43,272 nt of DNA from a virus (Duplodnaviria > Caudoviricetes): IMG/VR virus record IMGVR_UViG_3300043178_000107, positions 1 through 43,272 of that record; one strand, 5' to 3'. The notes beneath the pieces were generated by a model. That model saw only the letters and a program-made list of their open reading frames with translations, had not been told where the DNA came from and searched no databases. Made by a program: the position numbers and the translations under genes. Each line of letters begins with the position of its first letter. Position 1 is the stretch's first letter. Shown one piece after another: positions 8,745 through 18,886 of this stretch.

Positions 8745-9594
8745 AAAAATAACGGTTTATTCAGAAGAGATCGTAGAAGCGACCCTTCTCGGGATAAAAA
8801 ACGATAATTTTTATATCCCAATTCCGAAAATTAATGAAATGTTGGAGGAAGTTTCTACTTATGAGATAGCCTTAGTAGAAGATCCTACAATTCCATCATT
8901 GGGAACCAGATACCTTCAAAAGGTATTATCTATGTGTAGAAATTATTTAAATAGAACGTTATTTTATTTACAAGCTGTTCAGCGTCATGAGAAATATTTG
9001 AAATCAAGAGTTAAGGAATTAGAATTGGATCTGGAATTTAAAAATCAAGAATTACTTGCCGACAATCCAGTAGTCAGACGCCAATCTCATATAGATGATA
9101 GAAAAGCTTTAGCCGTAGCCATGCTTGCTAATGAATACAAAATTTTATCCGTTCTGAAGGTTGAGCTTATGGATGCTGAGCAATCGATAAAATTGTTGAA
9201 ATTGAAATATGATCATTTGAAGGCGACTTCATCTGATATTAGGTTACAAAGAGCAATGATTCGCGATGACAAGTTGTTTGTAGTTGAAGGTGGTTATGTG
9301 CAACCACAAGCTAATATGGATGGAACCGTGTCTGGTGATCTCCCGCCTCCCGTCGGTAAACCTATAGATCCCCGTGACTTGCTTGATCCGGAGAAACGTC
9401 CGGAAGATTTACCTGAGCCTGTAGATAATATTCATGCTGAACAAATTGCTGCGTTTTTCAATGCCAATTCGATATCTGATTCCCCCGATTCCCCCGATTC
9501 CCCCGATTCTCCCGATTCTCCCGATTCTCCCGATTCTCCCGATTCCCACAAATCAGATATTACGAATGTTGACTATTACAGTCTTATAGACTAA
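8728..9594 (+). CDS. Coiled-coil hypothetical protein with acidic, Pro-rich tail (possible recombination mediator)
   Basis: 288 aa; heptad-rich centre; upstream of SSB/RuvC/RecA; function inferred from context only. Confidence 0.75.
   Translation: MTDISEKITVYSEEIVEATLLGIKNDNFYIPIPKINEMLEEVSTYEIALVEDPTIPSLGTRYLQKVLSMCRNYLNRTLFYLQAVQRHEKYLKSRVKELELDLEFKNQELLADNPVVRRQSHIDDRKALAVAMLANEYKILSVLKVELMDAEQSIKLLKLKYDHLKATSSDIRLQRAMIRDDKLFVVEGGYVQPQANMDGTVSGDLPPPVGKPIDPRDLLDPEKRPEDLPEPVDNIHAEQIAAFFNANSISDSPDSPDSPDSPDSPDSPDSPDSHKSDITNVDYYSLID
9478..9547 (+). repeat. 9-bp coding tandem repeat GATTCYCCC x7 (Asp-Ser-Pro)
   Basis: 3 copies of GATTCCCCC, then 4 of GATTCTCCC, plus a partial copy. Confidence 0.95.
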
Positions 9595-9680
9595 TGTCGA
9601 GTTCAGGTGTAAGATCTTCTCAGCTGTAAAACCGTCAAGTAAACATAACACGATATAGTTCAAACAACAGGAGCACGACG

Positions 9681-10544
9681 ATGGACGATTCGATTTACGA
9701 ATTTGGTTTAGATGATGCAAAAATTATCAAGTCTCAGGCTATCGATTTATTCAAGTTAAGTAAGTCTGGTGAAAAAGCCAGAATCTCTATAGTTTCTTTC
9801 AAGAAGCATTATGATTTGGTAGTGGCCGATAAGACGAGGAAGAAGGGAGCGCCTCTTACTGAAATCGAAAAAGCAGAGATTCTTACCAAAGTTGACGCCA
9901 AATTGGCCGAGCTCCTTCATAAGAAGCCAGAAGATCTCACTGAAACTGATCGGCTTGACAGAAAATCTTTGAAATTTTGGTACGCATTCACTCATTATCG
10001 CGATGGGATTGGGTCCATCAGATGTTTGAGTAAATTCGAGAACAACAATGTGATCAAATCTGATGTGTGTTGTGATAAATTTGGTGACCCTGATCAGACG
10101 GTCGCCGCTATAGTTATGCAATACCCGACTGATGAAAATCAGCAGGTCGATGAAGCGCTTTTCAAACAGCGTAAATATGTCAATTTTAACGTATTGCGTA
10201 TGTCCAGTAAAAAGTTCAGGCGTATCGAAAGCGCCTATGCTGGCGCCCATGAGGACAATAAGTATGTAGTCGATTTGCGAGTTTCTTTAGAGGGAGACCC
10301 AAAATACCAGAAGTTGAGTTTTGAGGTTCAAGCCAGTGCATACTGGGCACGCGATACCATAGATCCTGAAATTCAGAAATGGGTGCTCGAGCATGGTTTG
10401 CGTGCTCACAAGCATGTATCCAGTTTTTTGGGATTCCAATTGACGCGTGAAAAGTTACTAGAACGTCTTGCTGGCGCTTCTGGTGAATCAATAGAGGATC
10501 GACCCCAAATATCTAATGTTTCTTACAACAGTTTAATTGAGTAA
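9681..10544 (+). CDS. Probable phage single-stranded DNA-binding protein (gp32-like)
   Basis: 287 aa; HY...RC...CC putative Zn ligands, DL.V....KYQKLSF region; AGGAG at 9669-9673; G-TAAGAT at 9609-9615; followed by a strong hairpin. Confidence 0.6.
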   Translation: MDDSIYEFGLDDAKIIKSQAIDLFKLSKSGEKARISIVSFKKHYDLVVADKTRKKGAPLTEIEKAEILTKVDAKLAELLHKKPEDLTETDRLDRKSLKFWYAFTHYRDGIGSIRCLSKFENNNVIKSDVCCDKFGDPDQTVAAIVMQYPTDENQQVDEALFKQRKYVNFNVLRMSSKKFRRIESAYAGAHEDNKYVVDLRVSLEGDPKYQKLSFEVQASAYWARDTIDPEIQKWVLEHGLRAHKHVSSFLGFQLTREKLLERLAGASGESIEDRPQISNVSYNSLIE

Positions 10545-10550
10545 CTGACC

Positions 10551-10578
10551 TCGGCCCGGAGGCTTTCTTCCGGGCCGA
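10551..10578 (+). terminator. GC-rich hairpin after the SSB gene (terminator or mRNA-stabilising stem)
   Basis: TCGGCCCGGAGG-CTTT-CTTCCGGGCCGA, 12-bp stem with one G-U pair; weak U-tract. Confidence 0.65.
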
Positions 10579-10594
10579 AAAGTCTTTACTGGCC

Positions 10595-11299
10595 ATGCTG
10601 GCTTTAGGCCTCGATCCTTCTTTGAAATCTTACGGCTTCGTAATTTACGAAGATAAAAATAAGATTGTGGCCAAAGGTCATGAAGGAACCATAAAAACTC
10701 ATGTACCTGTAACGAGGTATATTCATTTTAGATCACTGGTTAATGAATTATTGAATCGTTGGGATGTTCAAGTTGTGGGAATCGAAAGTCCGGCTTATGG
10801 AGTCGGTGCATTTTCTGAGCGCCATTTTGGGCTTATGATGTATAGCTTAGAGGCCATTTTCGATCATAGAAAAGATGTGATTTTGTTTGATCCGAGCACT
10901 CTAAAATTTATGATTCGTGCCGGTTTGAATGAAAAAGTTGGAATGGTAACTAAATATGATGTTCAAAAATATGTATCTCTCGATACGATGAATCCAAAAT
11001 TGATCAATAATGATGAAGCTGATGCTTATTGTATAGCAAAATTTTCTTCTAGATTTTATAAATTAATCAATGGTGATTTGGATCCTAAGCATTTGTCATC
11101 TGCTGAAATGCGTGTGTTTCTGAGTAGAACCAAGAAATCAAAGTTAAATAATTTGTTGAAAGTTAAGAAAACGGCCCATTTATTCAGTGAGAATAGTAGA
11201 TTTTATAGATTTTCTAAAGTTCCACCTGGAAGTGTAGATTTACCTAGCAAAGCCGATATAAACCCGAAACTTCTTACATTTTTAGAAAACCAAAAGTAA
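10595..11299 (+). CDS. RuvC-like Holliday junction resolvase
   Basis: LGLDPSLKSYG, VVGIESP, PSTLK, DEADAYCIA. Confidence 0.85.
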   Translation: MLALGLDPSLKSYGFVIYEDKNKIVAKGHEGTIKTHVPVTRYIHFRSLVNELLNRWDVQVVGIESPAYGVGAFSERHFGLMMYSLEAIFDHRKDVILFDPSTLKFMIRAGLNEKVGMVTKYDVQKYVSLDTMNPKLINNDEADAYCIAKFSSRFYKLINGDLDPKHLSSAEMRVFLSRTKKSKLNNLLKVKKTAHLFSENSRFYRFSKVPPGSVDLPSKADINPKLLTFLENQK

Positions 11300-11338
11300 G
11301 GCTGTGAGCGTGGCTCCGGTTGCGAAAGAAGACAAGCA

Positions 11339-12622
11339 ATGCTTCATCCGAAATTACAAAAATGGCGTAAGACGGTTGACAGTAGATTGAAGATTAATAA
11401 TAATATAATTATATCGCCCAGTTTTAGAGTCGATTGTATAAATACTGGTAGCACAGTTCTGAATATGCTTATTGGCGGGAATCGTTTGCCGGATGGAAGT
11501 TTCGTATGTCCGGGGTGGCCAAAAGGAACAATAATAGAAATCATAGGTCGTGAAAGTTCCGGAAAATCAACGATAGCTTTGACCGCAATGGGTCAAGCTA
11601 TTCAACATAGCGATGATGGTTGTGGTCTATATGTTGATTTGGAGCACGCGGTAAAAGATAATTATGCTGCAAAACTAGGAGTTGATTTTCGTCCCACGGA
11701 ATTGGGTGGTAGCGGACGCGCAGTAAGAGTTGCACCTCATACTTTTGAAGAGACTGAATCATTGGTTATGGCGGCGGCTCTGAATGGAATTTCTATGGTT
11801 GTCATTGATTCGGTAGCCGGTCTGGTTTCACGAAGAGAAATTATGAGAAACGTTGCTGATGCGAAGCAAAAAGAAAAAATTGCAGACATTCCATTATTGA
11901 TGTCGAAATTTATGCCAAAATTACAAAGTGTGATAGCTCGTACTAAGACCATTGTCATATTTTTAAATCAAACCAGAGATAAAATTGGAGCGATTGGCCA
12001 TGCTGAGGAGACACTAAAAAGTACCACTGGTGGTAATGCATTGAAATTTTGGGCAGCATTGAGGTTTTGGCTCAAACCTAGAATGGTATCTAAAGCCAAA
12101 ATCTTTAATCCGTTATTGAATAAAATTGAGGAAGTTCCGATATCGACTGACATCGAAGTCAAATCAATCAAGAATAAAATCGATGCCAAACAAGGCCATT
12201 CTGGTTTGATCACGTTAAGATATGGAGTCGGCATTGATGAATTGAGAACCATGTTAAACGTTGCTATAGCTTATAATATCATTCGAGTCAAAAAGAATTC
12301 CAACAAGCAAGATGTGTACATGTTTAATGTTCCAGAACAAAAAATCAATATTGAAGCCATTGGAATCGAAAAATTCAGAATCGCATTGTCTGCCAATCAA
12401 CAAGCGTTCAAATATTGCATGGACATGTGCACTAATCGAATTATCGAAGGATTCAGAGCAATAGATGATGAACAATTATCAGAATTGGCAGAAAATGCAG
12501 TGACAACTAATATTTATGATGAAGATTCTGAAGATAGTTTTGAAAGTGATCAGCCACAAGAAGAAGTTGTCGTAGAGGAAGATGCATCTAGTGTAGATGC
12601 TCCAACCATTGATATTGTTTGA
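11339..12622 (+). CDS. recA: RecA/UvsX recombinase with long acidic tail
   Basis: GRESSGKST, YVDLEHA, VVIDSVAGL, IFLNQTR, TTGGNALKFWA, KNK. Confidence 0.95.
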   Translation: MLHPKLQKWRKTVDSRLKINNNIIISPSFRVDCINTGSTVLNMLIGGNRLPDGSFVCPGWPKGTIIEIIGRESSGKSTIALTAMGQAIQHSDDGCGLYVDLEHAVKDNYAAKLGVDFRPTELGGSGRAVRVAPHTFEETESLVMAAALNGISMVVIDSVAGLVSRREIMRNVADAKQKEKIADIPLLMSKFMPKLQSVIARTKTIVIFLNQTRDKIGAIGHAEETLKSTTGGNALKFWAALRFWLKPRMVSKAKIFNPLLNKIEEVPISTDIEVKSIKNKIDAKQGHSGLITLRYGVGIDELRTMLNVAIAYNIIRVKKNSNKQDVYMFNVPEQKINIEAIGIEKFRIALSANQQAFKYCMDMCTNRIIEGFRAIDDEQLSELAENAVTTNIYDEDSEDSFESDQPQEEVVVEEDASSVDAPTIDIV

Positions 12623-13794
12623 CAATGCATCCTATCGATGTTACTATCAAAGACTTTCAATCTATCAAGGAATTGAATATTGAAATTAAGGGTTTTTCTG
12701 TAATCACCGGTAAATCAAACATTGGAAAGAGCGCTATAATCAGATCGATATACTCTTCTTTAGTAAACGGTCCTGTTGGTGGATTGGTCAATAAAGATTC
12801 GACTTTTACATCGGTCACCATGACCAGTAAAGAATGGGGATTCAAATGGGAGAAAGGTGGCGGGATCAATAGATATACGATTGGGTTTGATAAATATGAT
12901 AAAGTTGGCGCTGGTCAATTTGAATTGATAAGGAATATTGGGTTTGGTTCTGTGCGGCTCGGTGATAGGGAAGTTTATCCGTGGTATGCAAGTCAATTTA
13001 AACCATTGTTTTTGCTCGATGAGACTGGACCATCTTTATCGGATTTTATTTCAGATGTGTCGCGTCTCAATGTGTTGCAAGAAGCTATCACTATTAATGT
13101 AAGGACAAAAAAGAAATACATTGATCTTTCTAGAATTAAAACCGATGAAATTGAAAACGATAACAAATTATTGTTGTCTCTAATTGGTCTCGATGATTTG
13201 ATTGAGTTAGAAGTTGATATAGATCATCAAATACAATCGATTCATGAATTAGAAAATAAAATTCTCAACATGGAAAATTATTATCGCGATTTGGAATACA
13301 ATGCGTCTAAAATACGGAAATTGTCTGATGTTTCTTCTATAAGTATAGAAGCCGATTTGGATCAACAATTTCTTGATTTCAAGAATCTATCATCAATATG
13401 GTATTCTCTAGACACTGCCGCTAAATCAGTCATTGCGGTCAAGAATATATCCGTTATCAATATTCCAAATATGTCGAATGCCATTGTTGATGAAATAAAT
13501 ATTTTGAAGGAACTTGACCATTATGATTCGTTGTCGTCATCTATTCAGAAATTGTCTGATAAGATTGATCTACCGAATGTTGTTGATTTTGATCTTGAAC
13601 ATTACAAAGATGTTTGTTCATTGTCAGAAACTATGAATCTTTGCATTAATAATATAAATGAATATGAAAATGAATTGAAATCAATCCATGTGAATCTTCA
13701 AAAGATTCAGAATGAATTATCGTCAATTTCTATTTGTCCAACTTGCAAGCAACCGGTTTCTGATAATCATGTTATTCACGAGGTTCAAGTATGA
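12619..13794 (+). CDS. SbcC/Rad50-like ABC ATPase, N-terminal half
   Basis: IKDFQSI, Walker A GKSNIGKS, Q-loop-like SQF, coiled coil, ends just after CPTC zinc hook; no signature or Walker B. Confidence 0.85.
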   Translation: MTMHPIDVTIKDFQSIKELNIEIKGFSVITGKSNIGKSAIIRSIYSSLVNGPVGGLVNKDSTFTSVTMTSKEWGFKWEKGGGINRYTIGFDKYDKVGAGQFELIRNIGFGSVRLGDREVYPWYASQFKPLFLLDETGPSLSDFISDVSRLNVLQEAITINVRTKKKYIDLSRIKTDEIENDNKLLLSLIGLDDLIELEVDIDHQIQSIHELENKILNMENYYRDLEYNASKIRKLSDVSSISIEADLDQQFLDFKNLSSIWYSLDTAAKSVIAVKNISVINIPNMSNAIVDEINILKELDHYDSLSSSIQKLSDKIDLPNVVDFDLEHYKDVCSLSETMNLCINNINEYENELKSIHVNLQKIQNELSSISICPTCKQPVSDNHVIHEVQV

Positions 13795-13800
13795 TGTATC

Positions 13801-15576
13801 TTGAACATGCCACAATTTAATCATGGTTCACAATTAGGCATATTTCAATATGATGGGCCTGATGTATTTCTTAAAAGAAAAGAACTTCTAAATAAAGGTG
13901 AATTTGTATGTTCCTTATGTGGAAAGAAATCATTTTTAACTTTCATTGGTGTATTGCGCAATCCTTCTTCTAAATGTTCCCGCTGTTCTGAAATTTTGGT
14001 TAAATTTGGTTCCAAATTTGGCGATCTCATCTATGAAGGTGATGATATTTGGATTGCACCAAAGAGTGATAAAATTCTTAAATTCAAATGTTTATGCGGT
14101 AAACAAAAGAATATTGTTTTTAAAAGTGTTTATAAAGGTTTATCGAAATCTTGTGGTGAATGTTCTGTCATAATGTTAAAACATTCAGATTGTTTTGGTG
14201 ATCTGACTTATAATGGACCTGATATCAATATTCATTGTGGGTCGCATCAAAAATTACCATTTATCTGTAAATGCGGTAAAAATTGTTTTATACGATCTCG
14301 ATACGTTTTTTCTAAAGGTCGTCGTAATTGTGGGCGTTGTAGTGAATTTTTTCTTGAAAATGGTGCTGAATATTTTGAATTTATTTATGTTGGTAATTCG
14401 ATATATATTTCACCGCGTTCTGCGCGTAAACTTTTGTTTAAATGCAAATGTGGTCAAACAAAATTGATTGGAATACAGCATATAACTTCTGGGAGCACTA
14501 AATCATGTGGTAAGTGTTTTACTAAGGCAAAATATTGGTATGATAATCATAAAGATCAAATAAAGTTATTGACTCCTCCATTAGACAATAATGAATTTCC
14601 ATCCGGAGGCCCCGTTTTTATATCGCCCATAGTTAATAGTGTCTCTCCAATTCCCGCTTTTTGCATGATATGCAATAAAGTATACCATCCTAGATTAAGA
14701 GACATTAAACGAGGCGTATCATTAACTTGTGGTTGTTCAAATTATAACATTTCAAAATTAAATAAAGATATGTCTAAATTTGTTTCTTCTCTCGGATTCG
14801 ATATCGAAGAAGAATATGAATTAGATGGAAGAAAATTTAACATCTTCGTGAATCATAAGAAAACATTGATTGAGATGAACGGATTACATTGGCATTCATT
14901 TTCCCATTCTAAGAAACTAGACTTAGAAAAATATGAAATTGCACGTAGACACGGCCATTCTCTAATCTCTATATATGAAGATGAATGGTTACGGCAAAAC
15001 AATATAATCAAAGACATAATTACTTCCAGACTTGGGGTTCATTCTCCAAAAATTCAGCTCAGACCGCAAGAATGTAAAATTGAGAAAATTTCATTTGATT
15101 TATCGTGTTCATTCTATAAATCTTTTCATTATATTGGTCCTTGTCGTTCGTCTTTTCATTTTGGTGTATTTTTTAATGATTTGTTGGTAGCTTGCATGTC
15201 ATTTGGTAAACCTTCCCGTCAGACCTCTTCTTATAATTTTGAACTTACTAGAATGGCTTCTCACTTTGATTATCGTGTTCATGGTATTTGGTCTAAAATT
15301 TTAAAGAAATTCACTAATTCATACCGGAATATTTCTATAGTGAGTTTTTCTGACAATCGTTTATTTAGTGGCAATGTTTATAAATCTATTGGATTCAAAT
15401 ATGATAGAGATATTCCACCAGATTATTATTGGGTTAAAGGTACCAGAAGATATCATAAGTCTGGTTTAAGACTGAACGGAAAAATTCCCGGTTTAACTGA
15501 AACTAAATTACGTGAAGCAGAAGGTTATAAAAAGATTTGGGATTTAGGAAAAAAGAGATGGATATTAAATGTCTGA
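13801..15576 (+). CDS. Homing-endonuclease-like protein: Cys-rich repeats, Vsr/PD-(D/E)XK-like domain and GNAT(Mom)-like C-terminal domain
   Basis: About 5 repeats of F.C.CG...G..KSCG.C; IEMNGLHWH...K...IYEDEW; HY.G...LVACMSFG...ELTRM...SFSDNR..G.VY..IGF...IWDLGK.RW; sits between sbcC-N and sbcD. Confidence 0.75.
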   Translation: MNMPQFNHGSQLGIFQYDGPDVFLKRKELLNKGEFVCSLCGKKSFLTFIGVLRNPSSKCSRCSEILVKFGSKFGDLIYEGDDIWIAPKSDKILKFKCLCGKQKNIVFKSVYKGLSKSCGECSVIMLKHSDCFGDLTYNGPDINIHCGSHQKLPFICKCGKNCFIRSRYVFSKGRRNCGRCSEFFLENGAEYFEFIYVGNSIYISPRSARKLLFKCKCGQTKLIGIQHITSGSTKSCGKCFTKAKYWYDNHKDQIKLLTPPLDNNEFPSGGPVFISPIVNSVSPIPAFCMICNKVYHPRLRDIKRGVSLTCGCSNYNISKLNKDMSKFVSSLGFDIEEEYELDGRKFNIFVNHKKTLIEMNGLHWHSFSHSKKLDLEKYEIARRHGHSLISIYEDEWLRQNNIIKDIITSRLGVHSPKIQLRPQECKIEKISFDLSCSFYKSFHYIGPCRSSFHFGVFFNDLLVACMSFGKPSRQTSSYNFELTRMASHFDYRVHGIWSKILKKFTNSYRNISIVSFSDNRLFSGNVYKSIGFKYDRDIPPDYYWVKGTRRYHKSGLRLNGKIPGLTETKLREAEGYKKIWDLGKKRWILNV

Positions 15577-16570
15577 AATCAGAATAGTATCATCATCAGA
15601 CGAGCACCTTTGTGATTATAATCCGGGGTTTAGAAAAGATCTGTATAGATCTGCCATATTGCGTAAATTAGAATTTCAGGGCAATTTTGCAAAGAAGTTT
15701 TCAGCAAATTGGTTTTTACGTGGTGGTGATTTTTTCCACGTAAAATCTCCTGGCAAAACTTCTCATCGTACCATTTCTGATGTGTTAAAAATTCATCGTC
15801 TTTATCCGTGTCCAATTTACTCATTGATTGGTAATCACGATATGCAATTCAATAATTTGGATACGGTCGATAAACAACCGTTGAATGTTCTTTATGAGTC
15901 CGGGACATTCAAGCCATTGGTTGATGAGATCATAGAATCTGGCACAATTCGTGTGAGAATTATCGGCGTGTCATATATACCTGACTTGAACATCGATATT
16001 TTGCAAGAGACGATTAGGCGTACTTCTGATGATGTGTATACGATAGCTGTTGTTCATGCCTTGGCTTCTAATGCTCCGATTGATAGATTTCAGTCATTTT
16101 ATGGTGAGCAAATTTTTGATTATCGAGATTTGATATTTGATGGTTGTCCAGATGTCTATATTTTTGGTCATTATCACAAGGATCAAGGAATACAGAAGCT
16201 CAATGGTACTTATTTTGTCAATTTAGGATCGATTTCACGTGGCTCTTTGACATTCGAAAACTTGGAACGTAAGCCCAAAATCAGTTCTTTGATTTTCAAT
16301 TCTCAAGGAATAAATGTTGAAGAACATATAATTCCTCATGACGATGCGGCTGATGTATTTGATCTTGAAAAGAAGAAGCAACTGGACCAGGAGCGAAAGT
16401 CATTAAATGATTTCATAACGCAATTGCAATCAGGAGCTCGTTATGGCAATAAAGATGCAATAAGAAGTAGATTTGAATCATTTGATTGGGATAAATATGG
16501 ACCGGATCTTCGCCAAGTTGTTTCCGATACCATAGAAGCTGCTGAAGCTGGCATTTTAGTAGATGATTAA
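15569..16570 (+). CDS. SbcD/Mre11-like metallophosphoesterase nuclease
   Basis: SDEH, GGDFFH, GNHD, VVH, FGHYH, NLGSISR motifs. Confidence 0.92.
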   Translation: MSEIRIVSSSDEHLCDYNPGFRKDLYRSAILRKLEFQGNFAKKFSANWFLRGGDFFHVKSPGKTSHRTISDVLKIHRLYPCPIYSLIGNHDMQFNNLDTVDKQPLNVLYESGTFKPLVDEIIESGTIRVRIIGVSYIPDLNIDILQETIRRTSDDVYTIAVVHALASNAPIDRFQSFYGEQIFDYRDLIFDGCPDVYIFGHYHKDQGIQKLNGTYFVNLGSISRGSLTFENLERKPKISSLIFNSQGINVEEHIIPHDDAADVFDLEKKKQLDQERKSLNDFITQLQSGARYGNKDAIRSRFESFDWDKYGPDLRQVVSDTIEAAEAGILVDD

Positions 16571-16581
16571 ACTGTGAAATC

Positions 16582-17451
16582 ATGTCTTTCCATATCTCCA
16601 CAAAAGAGTCTTTTGACCTTTATCTCAGTTATTCTGGTAAAAGGTCTTATCAAATTTGTCCAAAACAATATCGATATACATATGTGTTGAAACAAAAATC
16701 CGAGACGAATCCGAAAGATGTGTTATTTGGTAATACAATTGGGAAAATTTTTGAACGATTTTACAACGATAAGTTATGGTTGCGACCCGATGTTGATTCT
16801 TATATGATGTCTTTGATTGAAGACACTATCGATGAATGTGCGTCCAGATATAGTTTTAATCCAAGATCTGATCCAGATTTCAAATCAAAGTTGATTCGAG
16901 ATTTACAAGAATTTATTCCAGCGACCATTAAAATTATTCGTAATCGAAAGTTATTGGCCCCATTGAGTATTGCTGAAGCAGATTTGACTGTGGTTTATCG
17001 TGATAAAGAAAGTGGAATTGTTTTGAAAATTGGTGGCAGATCCGATTTTATCCATTATTTTAATAAAAATAACATTTGGATTTTAGATGGGAAGGGAAGC
17101 AAATATAAAGACAAATATGTTGATTCTGACCAATTGATTTGGTATGCCATTCAACATTATTTGAAATATTATGTTGCTCCAAGTCGTTTAGGCTTTATTT
17201 TTTATAAATTTCCATCAGACCCAATCAAATGGATAATGATTGATGATCAATCGATAAGAGACAATTTGAAGCGTACGTTTCAAGTTGCATCCAAGATTTT
17301 GAATAATATGTTTGATCCGACCCCGTCACCAGAATGTAGGCGTTGTCCGTTTTTGTCAATGTGTGATGACGGAGCAAAATATCTTGCTAATAGGCGTAAT
17401 AAAGATGGTCCGATTCAATCTAGTATTTTCGAATTGGAGATGGTGACATGA
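16582..17451 (+). CDS. PD-(D/E)XK exonuclease, Cas4/AddB-like with 4-Cys cluster
   Basis: SYS...CPKQY, GRSDFI...ILDGK, QLIWY, CRRCPF..MC. Confidence 0.85.
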   Translation: MSFHISTKESFDLYLSYSGKRSYQICPKQYRYTYVLKQKSETNPKDVLFGNTIGKIFERFYNDKLWLRPDVDSYMMSLIEDTIDECASRYSFNPRSDPDFKSKLIRDLQEFIPATIKIIRNRKLLAPLSIAEADLTVVYRDKESGIVLKIGGRSDFIHYFNKNNIWILDGKGSKYKDKYVDSDQLIWYAIQHYLKYYVAPSRLGFIFYKFPSDPIKWIMIDDQSIRDNLKRTFQVASKILNNMFDPTPSPECRRCPFLSMCDDGAKYLANRRNKDGPIQSSIFELEMVT

Positions 17452-17753
17452 AACAAGACTTAGCCGCAATCTCTCTAGAACAGATAGAGGAAAAATATAA
17501 ATCTCTTATCAAGAGACGAGATGCTCTTATCCAATCGAAATTCAAAATCGAGGCGGAACTTAGTTCTAGAAAAAGACAATTGAAATCGATTCTCGAGGAG
17601 GCAAAGAAAGCTGGGTTTGATCCGGATGATTTACCTGCTGAAATAAAAAAGCATAAAGAAATTCTACTTACCAAAATGAATATCTTAGAAGCTGAGTTAA
17701 ATGAAGCCGAAAATCGCATCAAACCGATGCTTCAAGAGATTTCAGAAAAATAA
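17448..17753 (+). CDS. Small coiled-coil protein
   Basis: 101 aa, two helices linked by GFDPDDL; overlaps both neighbours. Confidence 0.8.
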   Translation: MKQDLAAISLEQIEEKYKSLIKRRDALIQSKFKIEAELSSRKRQLKSILEEAKKAGFDPDDLPAEIKKHKEILLTKMNILEAELNEAENRIKPMLQEISEK

Positions 17754-18886
17754 TGCCGTTATATACATTTGATGCATCACGTTTAAAATATGGATTTGAT
17801 ATTGTCAAATCTGTCAAACCTGATAATTCTGATTTTATCATAAAATTCAACAAAAATCAGATGTTTGTGTCATCTTCTGACAAAATTCGTTTTATTTCAT
17901 CCTGTATTACGTCATCAGAAATAGAACCATATGATTCATATGATTCATATGAATCATCTTGTTTTTTATTGGCATCAGAAAGATCGGCTTTATTCAATTC
18001 TAAATGGGATAAAATCAAAGTTCATGTGAATGAGAAATCATTAGTCATATCTACTGAAGGAGATAATCAATCAAGAAAAGCTTACTTGAAGCATCGGCTT
18101 GTGAATAATTACGATTTTGTCAGAATTCCGGATTTGAATTCATGCAATATAAAAGCTTCAGTATTTGACAAAATACTTTATTATGCATCATGTTCAGCTA
18201 TTGCCAAAGATAAATCTGAAGATGATAGAAAAATAAGTCAGATACATTTTTATCCTGAATCGAAATCATCATTCTCAAATGCTAGATCTCATGCAACCAA
18301 GGTAGATTGTGAACAATTATCAAAGCTTGATCTATCGATATCTTCACATGATGTTTCTGTGATCAGGTCTTTATGCTCCAAATTGAAAGATGCTTTTATC
18401 GATATCTATTCAAATGACGATCGGATTTTTATTCGGGAACCACAAACAAATACGATTCTTACTTTTCCAAAAACCATGATTGCCAAACCAGAAATATTCC
18501 AATTCGATGAGAATCTTTATTCAACTAAATTACTGGTAAATTTGAACGCTATCAAAGATAGCGTTTCCTGGTCCAATCTAGTCCTTGAAGGAAGTCAAAG
18601 ATTGAGAATATTGTCTGGAGTTGACAATATCAAATTTTTTGATTCATCCGACAATGAATTGGCATCAACTCCTGCACAACTGGTCAAGGGTCAACTGGAC
18701 GCTGATTTTCCGGCAAAGATATTGTACAATTTGGTGAATTTTATGGATTCTGACAATATCATTGTCATGTATTCTTATAAAGATATGCCATATTTGATGC
18801 AATTAAGTCAATCAATCAATGTTGGAGATTGCACCGTGGTAGTTTCACATTATTTGCAATCAATGAAAAGAAAACCACATGAATAA
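17753..18886 (+). CDS. Probable DNA polymerase III beta-type sliding clamp (divergent)
   Basis: 377 aa; three similar-sized domains with a beta-clamp-like helix/strand pattern; DnaX-type loader nearby. Confidence 0.55.
   Translation: MPLYTFDASRLKYGFDIVKSVKPDNSDFIIKFNKNQMFVSSSDKIRFISSCITSSEIEPYDSYDSYESSCFLLASERSALFNSKWDKIKVHVNEKSLVISTEGDNQSRKAYLKHRLVNNYDFVRIPDLNSCNIKASVFDKILYYASCSAIAKDKSEDDRKISQIHFYPESKSSFSNARSHATKVDCEQLSKLDLSISSHDVSVIRSLCSKLKDAFIDIYSNDDRIFIREPQTNTILTFPKTMIAKPEIFQFDENLYSTKLLVNLNAIKDSVSWSNLVLEGSQRLRILSGVDNIKFFDSSDNELASTPAQLVKGQLDADFPAKILYNLVNFMDSDNIIVMYSYKDMPYLMQLSQSINVGDCTVVVSHYLQSMKRKPHE

Noticed and set aside
11300-11345. Frameshifted longer N-terminus of recA starting at GTG 11310
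   Set aside because: It needs unsupported indels; the ATG at 11339 already gives a complete RecA core.
16582-17451. Cas4 as part of a CRISPR-Cas system
   Set aside because: No cas1/cas2 or array; stand-alone Cas4-like nucleases are common in phage recombination modules.
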